A stretch of 64,000 bases of DNA from a bacterium (GTDB lineage: Bacteria > ARS69): positions 759,620 to 823,619 of the forward strand of contig JAWKKG010000002.1 in assembly GCA_041393395.1 (NCBI GenBank), read 5' to 3'. This document shows positions 29,469 to 38,026 of the stretch, in pieces (position 1 is the stretch's first letter; each line of letters begins with the position of its first letter). Below the pieces are notes generated by a model, which worked only from the letters and a program-made list of their open reading frames with translations, did no database searches and was not told where the DNA came from. Made by a program: the position numbers and the translations under genes.

Positions 29469-30332
29469 CTACTCGACCGGGTAGGCCCAGGCCTCGCCAC
29501 CGCGCTCGCGGCTCGACGTGCGGAACGCGCGCTCCGTCTCGTCGAGGAGGTGGGCGCACCGCGCCGCCGCGAGGTTCGCGTTGCCGCTCCGCAGGAACAA
29601 TGCGAACGCCCAGCGGCGACCTTCCGCGATCTGCGTCACTCCGGCGACCCAGGCGCCGTCCCCCGCATTCGCCGCAAGGGCCCGAGCCCCGCGGTGCGGG
29701 CTTCCGAGCGCGCGCGCGACGCCGCGCGGCGACTTGACCGCGGTGCCGGCGCCGCCGAGCACCTCGGTGATGGTGCGCGGCTTGACGCGGAGTGACGCGC
29801 GGGCGAGCGCGCGCCACAACGCGGTGACCTGCTCGACGCGGGCTGCGGGCGGCGATTCGGTCGCGTCCGACCAGCCCCAGTTCACGGCCCGCTCGATGAT
29901 CGCACGCGTCGGGACGCGATCCTCCAGGTCGTGGAAGTACGAGTCGCACGACCAGCCGAGCGCCCCCACGAGCGTCACGTCGCGATGCTCCCCGCGCGCC
30001 CAGCACGTGGAGTCGCACGCGACCGAGGTCTCCGGATCCACCGCCCCGGTCTCGAGCGCCACGATCGCTTCCGCCACCCGGAACATCTCGCCGAGCGGGA
30101 GGGGTTCGTTCCGGGCCGCGTCCTCGTCGATTCCTCGGACGATCTCGCCGGACGCGACGTCCACCACGAGGAAGACCAGGGTTCCGGTGCTGCCCGGGAG
30201 ACGATCCTGGATCGAAGGCGGCGACGGGGGCGGCACCGGTGGGGATGTGGCCGACTCGGCCGCGACGCCCCTCGGGGCGACGGTGGCGAGCGCGAAAGCG
30301 CCGAACCCGAGGGCGAGAGGTCGGAAGCTCAT
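29469..30332 (-). CDS. secreted class D beta-lactamase / BlaR-sensor-fold protein with substituted catalytic motif (probable pseudoenzyme)
   Basis: Signal peptide. ..AARNEPLPLGEMFRVAEAIVALETGAV.. aligns with the OXA-type ..[22 protein letters not shown].. block, with S-T-F-K replaced by E-M-F-R. Later WSCDSYF aligns with VSAVPVF (SxV motif), and WVAGV with WVGWV. Confidence 0.55.
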   Translation of the reverse strand: MSFRPLALGFGAFALATVAPRGVAAESATSPPVPPPSPPSIQDRLPGSTGTLVFLVVDVASGEIVRGIDEDAARNEPLPLGEMFRVAEAIVALETGAVDPETSVACDSTCWARGEHRDVTLVGALGWSCDSYFHDLEDRVPTRAIIERAVNWGWSDATESPPAARVEQVTALWRALARASLRVKPRTITEVLGGAGTAVKSPRGVARALGSPHRGARALAANAGDGAWVAGVTQIAEGRRWAFALFLRSGNANLAAARCAHLLDETERAFRTSSRERGGEAWAYPVE

Positions 30333-30397
30333 GCGGACACTTTACACGAGGAAGCACCCCGGCCGAGAATGGCGGTTTGCCACCCGGAGGGAGAATC

Positions 30398-31150
30398 GTG
30401 GCCTGGGGTCCCTTGGTGCACGAGCCGGTGTCGTCGCTCCGGTTCGGCCGCGTCCTGTTCGTGGAGCTCGCGCCGCCGGCGGCGGATCGGCCCGGCCGCT
30501 ATCGCGACGTGCTGGGTCGCGATTCGCGCCCGGCGGAGCGTGCGCACTTCAGCGCGCCGGAGGCGGCGGCACGCGCCGTGTTGACGGAGCTCGAGCGCGG
30601 CGCAGCGGCGGACGCCGTGGTGTTCGGCGGCGCGGGTGATCCGCTGCGTCATCGTGGCCTCGGCTCGATCCTCCGCACGTTGCGGACTCGCGCCCACGTC
30701 GCCACCGTGGTGCTCACGGACGGTCGCCTGCTCGCCGATCGTGACGTGCGCCGCGAGGTCTCGGAGGCCGCGCTCGTCGTCGCCTGGTTGCCGTCCGTCG
30801 AGGATCCTGCCGCGGGCGCGTCGGCGGCGGAACGTCGCGATCGGTTCGAACGACACGTGGAGAATCTCGCGTCGCTCGCGCGCGAGCATCCGGTGCCGAT
30901 CGCGGTGGAACTGCCGGTCGTGCCCGGCGAGTCGGATTCGGCGACGTCGCGCGAAGCGTGGAGACGCGCGGTCGCGCGCATCCGTCCCGAGCGCATCCTC
31001 GTGATCCCCGGACTCGGAGCGAGTGCCGCGGAGAATCTCGCCGACGCGCTCGAGCGCGTCCGGGGCGACCTGCCACCGCGCGCGGGCGCGTTCCTCGATG
31101 ACGGAACCCTCGTGGACCGTCGCGACTTCGATCCCGCGGAGCGAACCTAG
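30398..31150 (+). CDS. hypothetical protein
   Basis: GTG 30398 with GGAG 4 nt upstream; 250 aa. No confident domain. Stop codon overlaps the stop of the convergent 31147..31893 gene. Confidence 0.4.
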   Translation: MAWGPLVHEPVSSLRFGRVLFVELAPPAADRPGRYRDVLGRDSRPAERAHFSAPEAAARAVLTELERGAAADAVVFGGAGDPLRHRGLGSILRTLRTRAHVATVVLTDGRLLADRDVRREVSEAALVVAWLPSVEDPAAGASAAERRDRFERHVENLASLAREHPVPIAVELPVVPGESDSATSREAWRRAVARIRPERILVIPGLGASAAENLADALERVRGDLPPRAGAFLDDGTLVDRRDFDPAERT

Positions 31151-31893
31151 CGCTCGGATCGACGTCGGCGTCGCGCGAACGGCAGCGGCGCCGGGGGTGC
31201 GACGGGAGGCGCGACGGGCGGACGAGGCGGCGCCGCGGGAGGCGCGGCCGGCTCCCCGAACGCGCGACGTCGCCAGACCCGGTCCGGCACCCCGTGATCG
31301 TCGCCTCGTCGCGGCGGGGCCGGCTCCTTGGCGGAAGGCGCGGAAGGTGGCGTGTCCGCGGAGAAACGTCGCAGGGAGTCTTGCCGATCCAGGACCTCGC
31401 GGGCGAGACTCGCGATCCGCGCATTGCGCGGGGCCGCAGCGGCGGCGGGAGCCGGGAGTGGAACCCGGCGCAGCCGGACGGCCGCCGCGGCCAGCCAGGC
31501 GGCCCCGAGTGCCGCGACCCACACGAGACGGTCTCCGAGTGGCGGCCGGGGTATCGCCGGACTCTCCAGTAGCCAGTCCAGCACGTGCGCGGCCAGGGTG
31601 CCGGCGGCGAGCGTCACGAGGAACTCGAGACCACGAACGCCGTTTCGCCAGCCGAACGCGGAGGCCGCGATCCAGCCCGCCGCCGTGAAGTCGAGGAGCG
31701 ACACGTCGCGTCCCGCGACGAGCACGTGCCAGAGGAGCCAGGTGGTGCTCAGCAGGAGGAACGTCACGCCGGCGACCGTGCTGCGCGGGGAGCTCGCGTC
31801 GCCGGAACCGGGATCCGCGGCGGTCGAGCCCGGGGCGCCGGAACGAGGGCGGACTTCGCGGGGGGAGCCTCTGTCGCGCTTCCGAGGGTGCAT
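31147..31893 (-). CDS. hypothetical membrane protein with proline-rich C-terminal tail
   Basis: Four hydrophobic helices (VAGVTFLLLSTTWLLW, AAGWIAASAFGW, LEFLVTLAAGTLAAHVL, LVWVAALGAAWLAAAAV) followed by a PPxAPP-rich tail. Upstream part of the 710-aa track ORF overlaps the leuA-like gene in another frame and is junk. Confidence 0.4.
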   Translation of the reverse strand: MHPRKRDRGSPREVRPRSGAPGSTAADPGSGDASSPRSTVAGVTFLLLSTTWLLWHVLVAGRDVSLLDFTAAGWIAASAFGWRNGVRGLEFLVTLAAGTLAAHVLDWLLESPAIPRPPLGDRLVWVAALGAAWLAAAAVRLRRVPLPAPAAAAAPRNARIASLAREVLDRQDSLRRFSADTPPSAPSAKEPAPPRRGDDHGVPDRVWRRRAFGEPAAPPAAPPRPPVAPPVAPPAPLPFARRRRRSER

Positions 31894-31970
31894 CGGGGGA
31901 GCATCCCGAATCCGGACCCCGCCCGTCAACCCCGAGCGCCGTCGGGTGCGGGGCGGCGCATTGCTCCCGG

Positions 31971-33212
31971 CTACACCTGGCCGTGGGCGCGGCGGTGTTC
32001 CTGGACGATCGACTCGATCTCGGACTCGGTGAGGACGGTCTCGGAGCGCTTCGCCACCGCGAGGATCCGATCGACGAGCTCGTCGTCCGGCGTGATGCCG
32101 CGGGCTTCCAGCGCGAAGACCACGTTGGACTTGCCGCTCATGAAGCCGATCTCGACTTTCTGGCCGAGTCCCACCATCGCGGCGGGCACGCCGGAGTACA
32201 CCGCGTCGGCGAGATCGCTCTCCCCCTTGCGTCGCGCCTTCAGGATCGCGGCGGCGTGGACGCCCGTCGAGGTACGGAACGCATCCTCGCCGAACACCGG
32301 ATAGCTGAAAGGAATCGGGACGCGCGTCGCCTCGGAGACCTTGCGCACGTAGTCGCCGAGTCGCGAGAGGTCGCGATCGATCAGACCCTCGAGGCGCAGG
32401 TTCACGAGCAGCAGGTCCATCTGCGCGTTGCCGCAGCGTTCGCCCACGCCCAGTGCGGTCGCGTGGATGCGATCGGCCCCGGTCGCGAGTGCCATCATGC
32501 AGTTCGGGAGCGCGAGTCCGCGATCGGAGTGACCGTGCCAGTCGATCTTCACGTCGGCGCCGCTTTTCTTCACCACGCGCATGATGTGCTTGAGCAGCGC
32601 GCGCACGCCGATCGGCGTCGCGTGCCCGACGGTGTCCGCAATCACGATGCGCTGCGCACCGGCCTCGATCGCCGTGGTGTACAGGCGTTCGAGTGTCTCG
32701 GGCTGGGCGCGGGTGGTGTCCTCGGTCACGTAGCAGACCGGGATCTCGTGCTTCACCGCGAAGCGGACGGCCTCGTCCGTCAGCCGGATCAGCCGATCGA
32801 GCTCCCAGCCTTCCGTGTACTGCCGGATCGCCGACGACCCGAGGAAGGTGCACGCCTCCACGGGGATCCCCGCGGCCTGCGCGATGTCGGCCACGGGTGC
32901 GAGATCCTGGATCACGGTGCGGCACGCGACGTTCGGGGCGATCGCGAGTTTCTTCTCCGCGATCTCGCGCGCGAGGCGTGTGATGTCGGAGACGGCACGC
33001 TCGCCGGCGCCGGGCAGGCCGAGGTCGGCGGCGTTGAGGCCGAGCTCCGCCATGAGATGCAGGATCTCGAGCTTCTCTTCGATCGAGGGATCCCGCACCG
33101 ACGGCGACTGCAAGCCGTCGCGCAGCGTCTCGTCGTTCAGGTGGAACTCGGGCTTCGCCCGGAACGTGAATCCGCCTTCGTGATTCCAGTCGTAGATCAG
33201 GTCCTCTCGCAC
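31971..33212 (-). CDS. 2-isopropylmalate synthase / homocitrate synthase family protein (DRE-TIM metallolyase)
   Basis: HMGL-like signature DETLRDGLQSP near the N-terminus and metal-binding HxH region (..DWHGHSDRGLAL..). 413 aa. Confidence 0.8.
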   Translation of the reverse strand: MREDLIYDWNHEGGFTFRAKPEFHLNDETLRDGLQSPSVRDPSIEEKLEILHLMAELGLNAADLGLPGAGERAVSDITRLAREIAEKKLAIAPNVACRTVIQDLAPVADIAQAAGIPVEACTFLGSSAIRQYTEGWELDRLIRLTDEAVRFAVKHEIPVCYVTEDTTRAQPETLERLYTTAIEAGAQRIVIADTVGHATPIGVRALLKHIMRVVKKSGADVKIDWHGHSDRGLALPNCMMALATGADRIHATALGVGERCGNAQMDLLLVNLRLEGLIDRDLSRLGDYVRKVSEATRVPIPFSYPVFGEDAFRTSTGVHAAAILKARRKGESDLADAVYSGVPAAMVGLGQKVEIGFMSGKSNVVFALEARGITPDDELVDRILAVAKRSETVLTESEIESIVQEHRRAHGQV

Positions 33213-33357
33213 GTCGACGCCTCCCCGAGCCGAGCAGAGGATACCCGGGTCCCGGCGGGGGGTCGAGGGAACGGGTCAACCCCCGGCGCCCGGGCGCCGA
33301 TTCGGAGGGACGGCCGGTCGACGGGGCGCGGCCGGTCGAGACCCCGGGGGGCCTTTC

Positions 33358-33930
33358 GTGGCACTCAGATCCCTGCAGGAACGGCCGGTGGCCGGTGGCG
33401 AGCGCTTTTCAGCCGTGATCGGCCCGGCCGCGATCGGCACCCGGATCACGCGCTGGTTGCTGGCCGGCTGCCTCGCCGCGACCCTGGCCGCGGTGCTCAG
33501 CGCGAACTGCGGCCTGCCGTTCGCCGGGCTCGTGGGCTTCGCGGCGGGCCTGCTCGTCGGCTCGGTGGCGATCGCCGCCCTCAGCGGCGGTGAGGAGCTC
33601 CTCGTCTGCGAGGGGCGAACGCTCGCTCACCGCCGGGCCGGGCCGCGGATCGTCGAGCGCTCCGTGCCGCTCTCCGAACTCCGGGACATCCGTCCGCACT
33701 CGGACGGCGTCGGAGGAGCCCGGCTGCGGCTCGTGACGAGCCGCGGAACGTGGTCCGTGGCTCCTCGGCTCCCCCGCCACGACGTGGAGGCGCTGGCCGC
33801 CGCCCTGCGTCGCCACGTGGACTTCGCGGACCCTTCGGCAAATGCCACGGTGCCGGCGGCGCGGGAGGGCGGCCGCCCGGCCCGTGTCACGCCTTCCGAG
33901 GCGCTTCGCTACCGCCACGCGCGTCGCTGA
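33358..33930 (+). CDS. hypothetical membrane protein
   Basis: GTG start. Two hydrophobic helices (WLLAGCLAATLAAVL, GLVGFAAGLLVGSVAIAAL) then a ~100-aa soluble domain. Confidence 0.35.
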   Translation: MALRSLQERPVAGGERFSAVIGPAAIGTRITRWLLAGCLAATLAAVLSANCGLPFAGLVGFAAGLLVGSVAIAALSGGEELLVCEGRTLAHRRAGPRIVERSVPLSELRDIRPHSDGVGGARLRLVTSRGTWSVAPRLPRHDVEALAAALRRHVDFADPSANATVPAAREGGRPARVTPSEALRYRHARR

Positions 33931-34034
33931 GCGCCAGGATCCGCAAGTCGGAGCGAAGGTCCCGCTTCCCGGTCTAAGGCGGGCCGCGCGCTTCGTCGAT
34001 CCCCAGAGGAGTCCTTTCCCCGGGGGAGCGTTCC

Positions 34035-35672
34035 TTGCGCCGGTTCCACGCTCTCGTCTCGATACTCGCCGGTGGCGCGCTCGCCGCCGCCGCGGCGGGG
34101 TGCTCCCGTCCGGCGGACTCGCGTGCGCTGCCGAAGGCGGTGACCGAACCCGTGTTCGGGGGCACGGTGAACGTGATGGTGGAGTCCCCGGGGACTCTCG
34201 ATCCTCGCGACGTCGACGACGTCTACGAGGCCGCGATCGTCAACCAGATCTACGACGGTTTGCTCGAGTTCGACACGAACCTCAATCCGGTTCCCGCCAT
34301 CGCGCGTGAGTGGACGATCTCGGACGGCGGTCGCCGGTTCCGGTTCCGACTGCGCGACGACGTGTCCTTCCACAACGGGCGACGGGTGGTCGCGTCGGAC
34401 GTCGTGTGGTCGTTCGAGCGCATCTTCGATCCGGATCGCGAGGATCCCGGTCTCGGCGGGGAGTTCCTCCGGCGCATCGAGGGTGCCGACGCCTACGCGC
34501 GCGGCAAGACCGTCCACATCGAGGGACTCGAGGCCGTGGACGACACCACACTCGTCATCCGGTTGGCCGAGCCCTACGGCGCGTTCCTGTCGTCGCTCGC
34601 GATGGATCAGACGAAGGTGGTGTGCCGCGAGGCGTTCGAGGCGGCGGGGGACGACTACGACTCCTGTCCCGTGGGGACCGGACCGTTCCGCTTCGATCAC
34701 GTCGCCGACCACGACGATCACCCGGTGATCGTGCTGCGTCGCAACGTCGACTACTTCCGGGGCGCGCCGTGGCTCGCCGAGGTCGCGTTTCACGTGCCGG
34801 CTCGCTACACGGACGATCGCGCCGCGGACGCGTTGCTCGACGGCACGCTCACGCTCGCCGTCGTCACGGGACCGCGGGAAGAGGCGTTCGAGAACCTCGA
34901 GGCGTTCCGGATCCTGCGTCGCCCCGAACTCTCCTGCGGATTCCTGGCGCTGAATCCGTCGCTCGCCCCGGTAGACGACGCACGCGTGCGGCGCGCGATC
35001 GCGCACGCCGTCGATCGTCGACGCTTCGTGGCGCTCGATCCGGCCAGCCGGCTCGATGCGTCCGGGATCCTGCCACCGGGGATGTTCGGACACTCCCCGG
35101 ACCCCAAGGCCCTGCGCCACGACCCCGACGTCGCCCGCAGCCTCCTCGCCGAGGCGGGATACCCCGGAGGCGAGGGACTCGTGCCGCTGCGGATCGTCCA
35201 GGTCAACCGCGGCGACGTGGGCGCGGAGGCGGATCGCATCCTGGCCGAGAATCTCGCGGAGATCGGGATCCGCGTGGAGTACGAGTACCTGGACTGGGGT
35301 GCGTTCTCCGATCGAATCGACGCCGGGACCGCGCCCGCGTACACCTTGAGCTGGATCGCCGACGTGCCGGATCCCGATTCGTTCCTGCGCTCGCTGTTCT
35401 CCACGGACGGCGCGTACAACCTCGTGGGCTACCACAACGCCACCGTCGACTCGCTCCTCGCAGTGGGGTCGGGGATGACCAGCTCGCCGGATCGCGCCCG
35501 CCTCTACCAGCGTGCGGAGCGGATCATCCTCAACGACGCGCCGATCGTGCCGCTGTACCACCTGGCGAACAACTTCGTCGTGCGGTCGAACGTGCGGGGA
35601 CTCACGATCACGCCGTTCGGGTTCGGAAACCTCACGTTCGAGAAGCTCTGGCTGGATCCGGTGACGTCGTGA
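34035..35672 (+). CDS. ABC transporter substrate-binding protein, family 5 (peptide/nickel/opine type); probable lipoprotein
   Basis: Signal peptide ending ..AAAAGCS. SBP_bac_5 hallmarks throughout (..NPVPAIAREWTISDGGRRFRFRLRDDVSFHNGRRVVASDVVWSFERI..). 545 aa. Confidence 0.85.
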   Translation: MRRFHALVSILAGGALAAAAAGCSRPADSRALPKAVTEPVFGGTVNVMVESPGTLDPRDVDDVYEAAIVNQIYDGLLEFDTNLNPVPAIAREWTISDGGRRFRFRLRDDVSFHNGRRVVASDVVWSFERIFDPDREDPGLGGEFLRRIEGADAYARGKTVHIEGLEAVDDTTLVIRLAEPYGAFLSSLAMDQTKVVCREAFEAAGDDYDSCPVGTGPFRFDHVADHDDHPVIVLRRNVDYFRGAPWLAEVAFHVPARYTDDRAADALLDGTLTLAVVTGPREEAFENLEAFRILRRPELSCGFLALNPSLAPVDDARVRRAIAHAVDRRRFVALDPASRLDASGILPPGMFGHSPDPKALRHDPDVARSLLAEAGYPGGEGLVPLRIVQVNRGDVGAEADRILAENLAEIGIRVEYEYLDWGAFSDRIDAGTAPAYTLSWIADVPDPDSFLRSLFSTDGAYNLVGYHNATVDSLLAVGSGMTSSPDRARLYQRAERIILNDAPIVPLYHLANNFVVRSNVRGLTITPFGFGNLTFEKLWLDPVTS

Positions 35673-35680
35673 GGATCTCC

Positions 35681-38026
35681 ATGCCGCGCGTTCCGCTTCC
35701 CAGGCTCCCGAGCACGATGCGGGCTCGGTACATGCTCGCGTTCGCGTCCACGATCACCGTGGCGATGGTCGCCACGATCCTGCTCGTGAACGAACGCATG
35801 GGCCGCTTGTTGCTGGATGCCACCCGGGACAAGAGCACGGCCATCGCGCAGTCGCTTGGCGCGACGACCGCGAACGCCCTCCTCAACTACGACTACGTCT
35901 CCCTGGCCCAGGCCGCCGACAACGCCGTGGACCAGAGCGGCATCGACTACGTCGTCATCCTCGACAAGGAGGGGCGCGTGGCGGCGCAGTCGGGGCGTGG
36001 CGTACTCGGCGGGGACGAGATCCCGGACCTGCCGTGGTCCGAGCTCTCGGAGCAGCAGTCCACCTGGACCCGGACGCTGTCCGTCGGGGGGGGAGACGGC
36101 ACGCGCCACATCCTCGACGTGGCGCACCCGGTGTACGTGGAGGGCAGCGACGTTCGCTGGGGCGTGGTCCGTCTCGGCCTCGATCTCGACCCGATGCGCC
36201 GGGCGATCCTGCGCGTGCGGCTCCTGCTCGCGGCGATCGGGGTCGTGGCCCTCGTGCTCGCGCTCGCGGCAGCCCGATTCGTCTCCGATCGAATCGGCCG
36301 CTCGCTCGGCGGACTCGTGGAGGGCACGCTGGAGATCGCGCGCGGCAACCTCGATCACCGGATCGCTCCGCGCTCGGACGACGAGATCGCGACCGTGGCC
36401 CGCCACTTCAATTACATGGCCGCGCAGGTGCGTCGCCAGCAGACGGAGCTCGCGATCGCGAAGAGCGAGCTCGAGGCGCTGAACGCCACGCTCGAGGAGA
36501 AGGTGCTGCGGCGGACGCGGGAGCTCGTGGCGTCGGAGGAGAAGTACCGCGTCCTCGTGGACCAGTCGCCCGATCCGATCCTGATCGTGCAGGGCGGTGC
36601 GGTGCGGTTCGTGAACCCCGCGTTCGAGCGTCTCGTGGGACACCGGGTTCCGAATCACGAGGACCTGCGGGCGGAGATCCTGTTCCCCGCGGACGAGCGG
36701 GGTCGCGCCACCGGATTCCTGGACGAGGTGTACCGCGAGGGAACGTCGACGGGAGGCGAGTTCCGCGTGGTGACGAAGGCGGGAGCCGAGCGGACATTCG
36801 AGATGCGGGGGATGCGCATCACGTACCTCGCGGCACCGGCCGTCGCGCTCGCGATGCACGACACGACGGAGCGCAAGGAGCTCCAGGAGAGTCTCGTCCG
36901 CCACGAGAAGCTCCGCGCGCTCGGCGAGCTGGCGAGCGGGGTGGCTCACGATTTCAACAACATCCTCGGAATCATCCTCGGTCGGTCGCAGCTCCTGCAG
37001 CGGCGCGCGACGGACAACGAGGTGCGCCGCGGCCTTCAGACGATCGAGCGCGCCGCGTTCGACGGCGGGGAGACGGTTCGTCGCATCCAGGACTTCGCCC
37101 GCGCGCGCACCGAGCGGAACTTCTCGGACGTGGACCTGAACACGCTGCTCACCGAGGTCGTGGAGATCACGCGCACGCGATGGCGGGATCAGGCCGAGGT
37201 CCGCAACGTCCGGATCGAGATGAAGCTCGCCCTGGGACGGCTGGCGAACGTGCTCGGGCATCCGTCCGAGCTCCGGGAGATCTTCACGAACCTGATCTTC
37301 AACGCCGTGGACGCGATGCCGGGGGGCGGCCGGATCGAGATCCGGAGCCGCACCGAGGACGGGCACGCCGTCGTGGAGGTCGCGGACAGCGGTTGCGGGA
37401 TTCCGGAGAGTACGCGCTCGCGGATCTTCGATCCGTTCTTCTCGACGAAGGGTGAGGACGGTCTCGGTCTCGGTCTCTCGGTCGTCTACGGGATCGTGCA
37501 GCGGCACGGCGGCGCGATCGAGGTCGACAGCACGCCCGGCGCCGGCACGACGGTGCGGGTGCGGGTTCCGAACGCGCCGGTCCGGGGTTCGGCCGAGCAG
37601 GAGGCGACGTCGGCGCCGGTGGACGGCGCGGGGCGTCGCATCCTCGCGATCGACGACGAGGAGGCGATCCTCGAGCTCGTGCAGGACATCCTGACGGAGC
37701 AGGGCTTCGAGGTCGTCACCGCGTCCGGGGGACAGGAAGCGATCGCGAAGTTCGAGCCGGGTCGCTACGACCTCGTCGTGAGCGATCTCGGACTGCGCGA
37801 CATGTCCGGCTGGGAGGTCGTGAACGCGATCCGCTCGCGCGATGCGGCGGTCGGCGTGCTCCTGCTCACGGGGTGGGGCGCGACGCTGTCCCCGGAGCGC
37901 GTGGAGGAGTACGGAATCGATGCCGTGATGAACAAGCCGTTCGAGATGGGCGCGCTGCTCCGGCGAGCCGGTGAGGTGCTGGAGCAGACGGAACGTCGGC
38001 GCGTGGCGGGCGAGCCTACGGGCTGA
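35681..38026 (+). CDS. hybrid sensor histidine kinase (TM sensor-HAMP-PAS-HisKA-HATPase-REC)
   Basis: ATG 35681 with GAGGA 5 nt upstream, 9 bp after the SBP stop. TM, periplasmic region, second TM, HAMP, PAS, H-box (LGELASGVAHDFNNIL), ATP lid (..DSGCGIP..GLGLGLSVV) and C-terminal receiver (RILAIDDEEAIL..DLVVSDLGLRDMSGWEV). N-terminal part of the 1238-aa track ORF overlaps the SBP gene out of frame. Confidence 0.9.
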   Translation: MPRVPLPRLPSTMRARYMLAFASTITVAMVATILLVNERMGRLLLDATRDKSTAIAQSLGATTANALLNYDYVSLAQAADNAVDQSGIDYVVILDKEGRVAAQSGRGVLGGDEIPDLPWSELSEQQSTWTRTLSVGGGDGTRHILDVAHPVYVEGSDVRWGVVRLGLDLDPMRRAILRVRLLLAAIGVVALVLALAAARFVSDRIGRSLGGLVEGTLEIARGNLDHRIAPRSDDEIATVARHFNYMAAQVRRQQTELAIAKSELEALNATLEEKVLRRTRELVASEEKYRVLVDQSPDPILIVQGGAVRFVNPAFERLVGHRVPNHEDLRAEILFPADERGRATGFLDEVYREGTSTGGEFRVVTKAGAERTFEMRGMRITYLAAPAVALAMHDTTERKELQESLVRHEKLRALGELASGVAHDFNNILGIILGRSQLLQRRATDNEVRRGLQTIERAAFDGGETVRRIQDFARARTERNFSDVDLNTLLTEVVEITRTRWRDQAEVRNVRIEMKLALGRLANVLGHPSELREIFTNLIFNAVDAMPGGGRIEIRSRTEDGHAVVEVADSGCGIPESTRSRIFDPFFSTKGEDGLGLGLSVVYGIVQRHGGAIEVDSTPGAGTTVRVRVPNAPVRGSAEQEATSAPVDGAGRRILAIDDEEAILELVQDILTEQGFEVVTASGGQEAIAKFEPGRYDLVVSDLGLRDMSGWEVVNAIRSRDAAVGVLLLTGWGATLSPERVEEYGIDAVMNKPFEMGALLRRAGEVLEQTERRRVAGEPTG

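Noticed and set aside
30398-31150. Possible degenerate radical-SAM-like motif (VVFGGAGDPLRHRGLG) in the hypothetical protein
   Set aside because: No CxxxCxxC cluster and only a single Cys in the whole protein. The resemblance is limited to a Gly-rich loop and is not sufficient for any family call.
31023-31688. 221-aa plus-strand ORF overlapping the 31147..31893 minus-strand membrane protein
   Set aside because: Pro/Arg-rich with no hydropathy structure. The minus-strand frame has four clean TM helices, so it was preferred, though with modest confidence.
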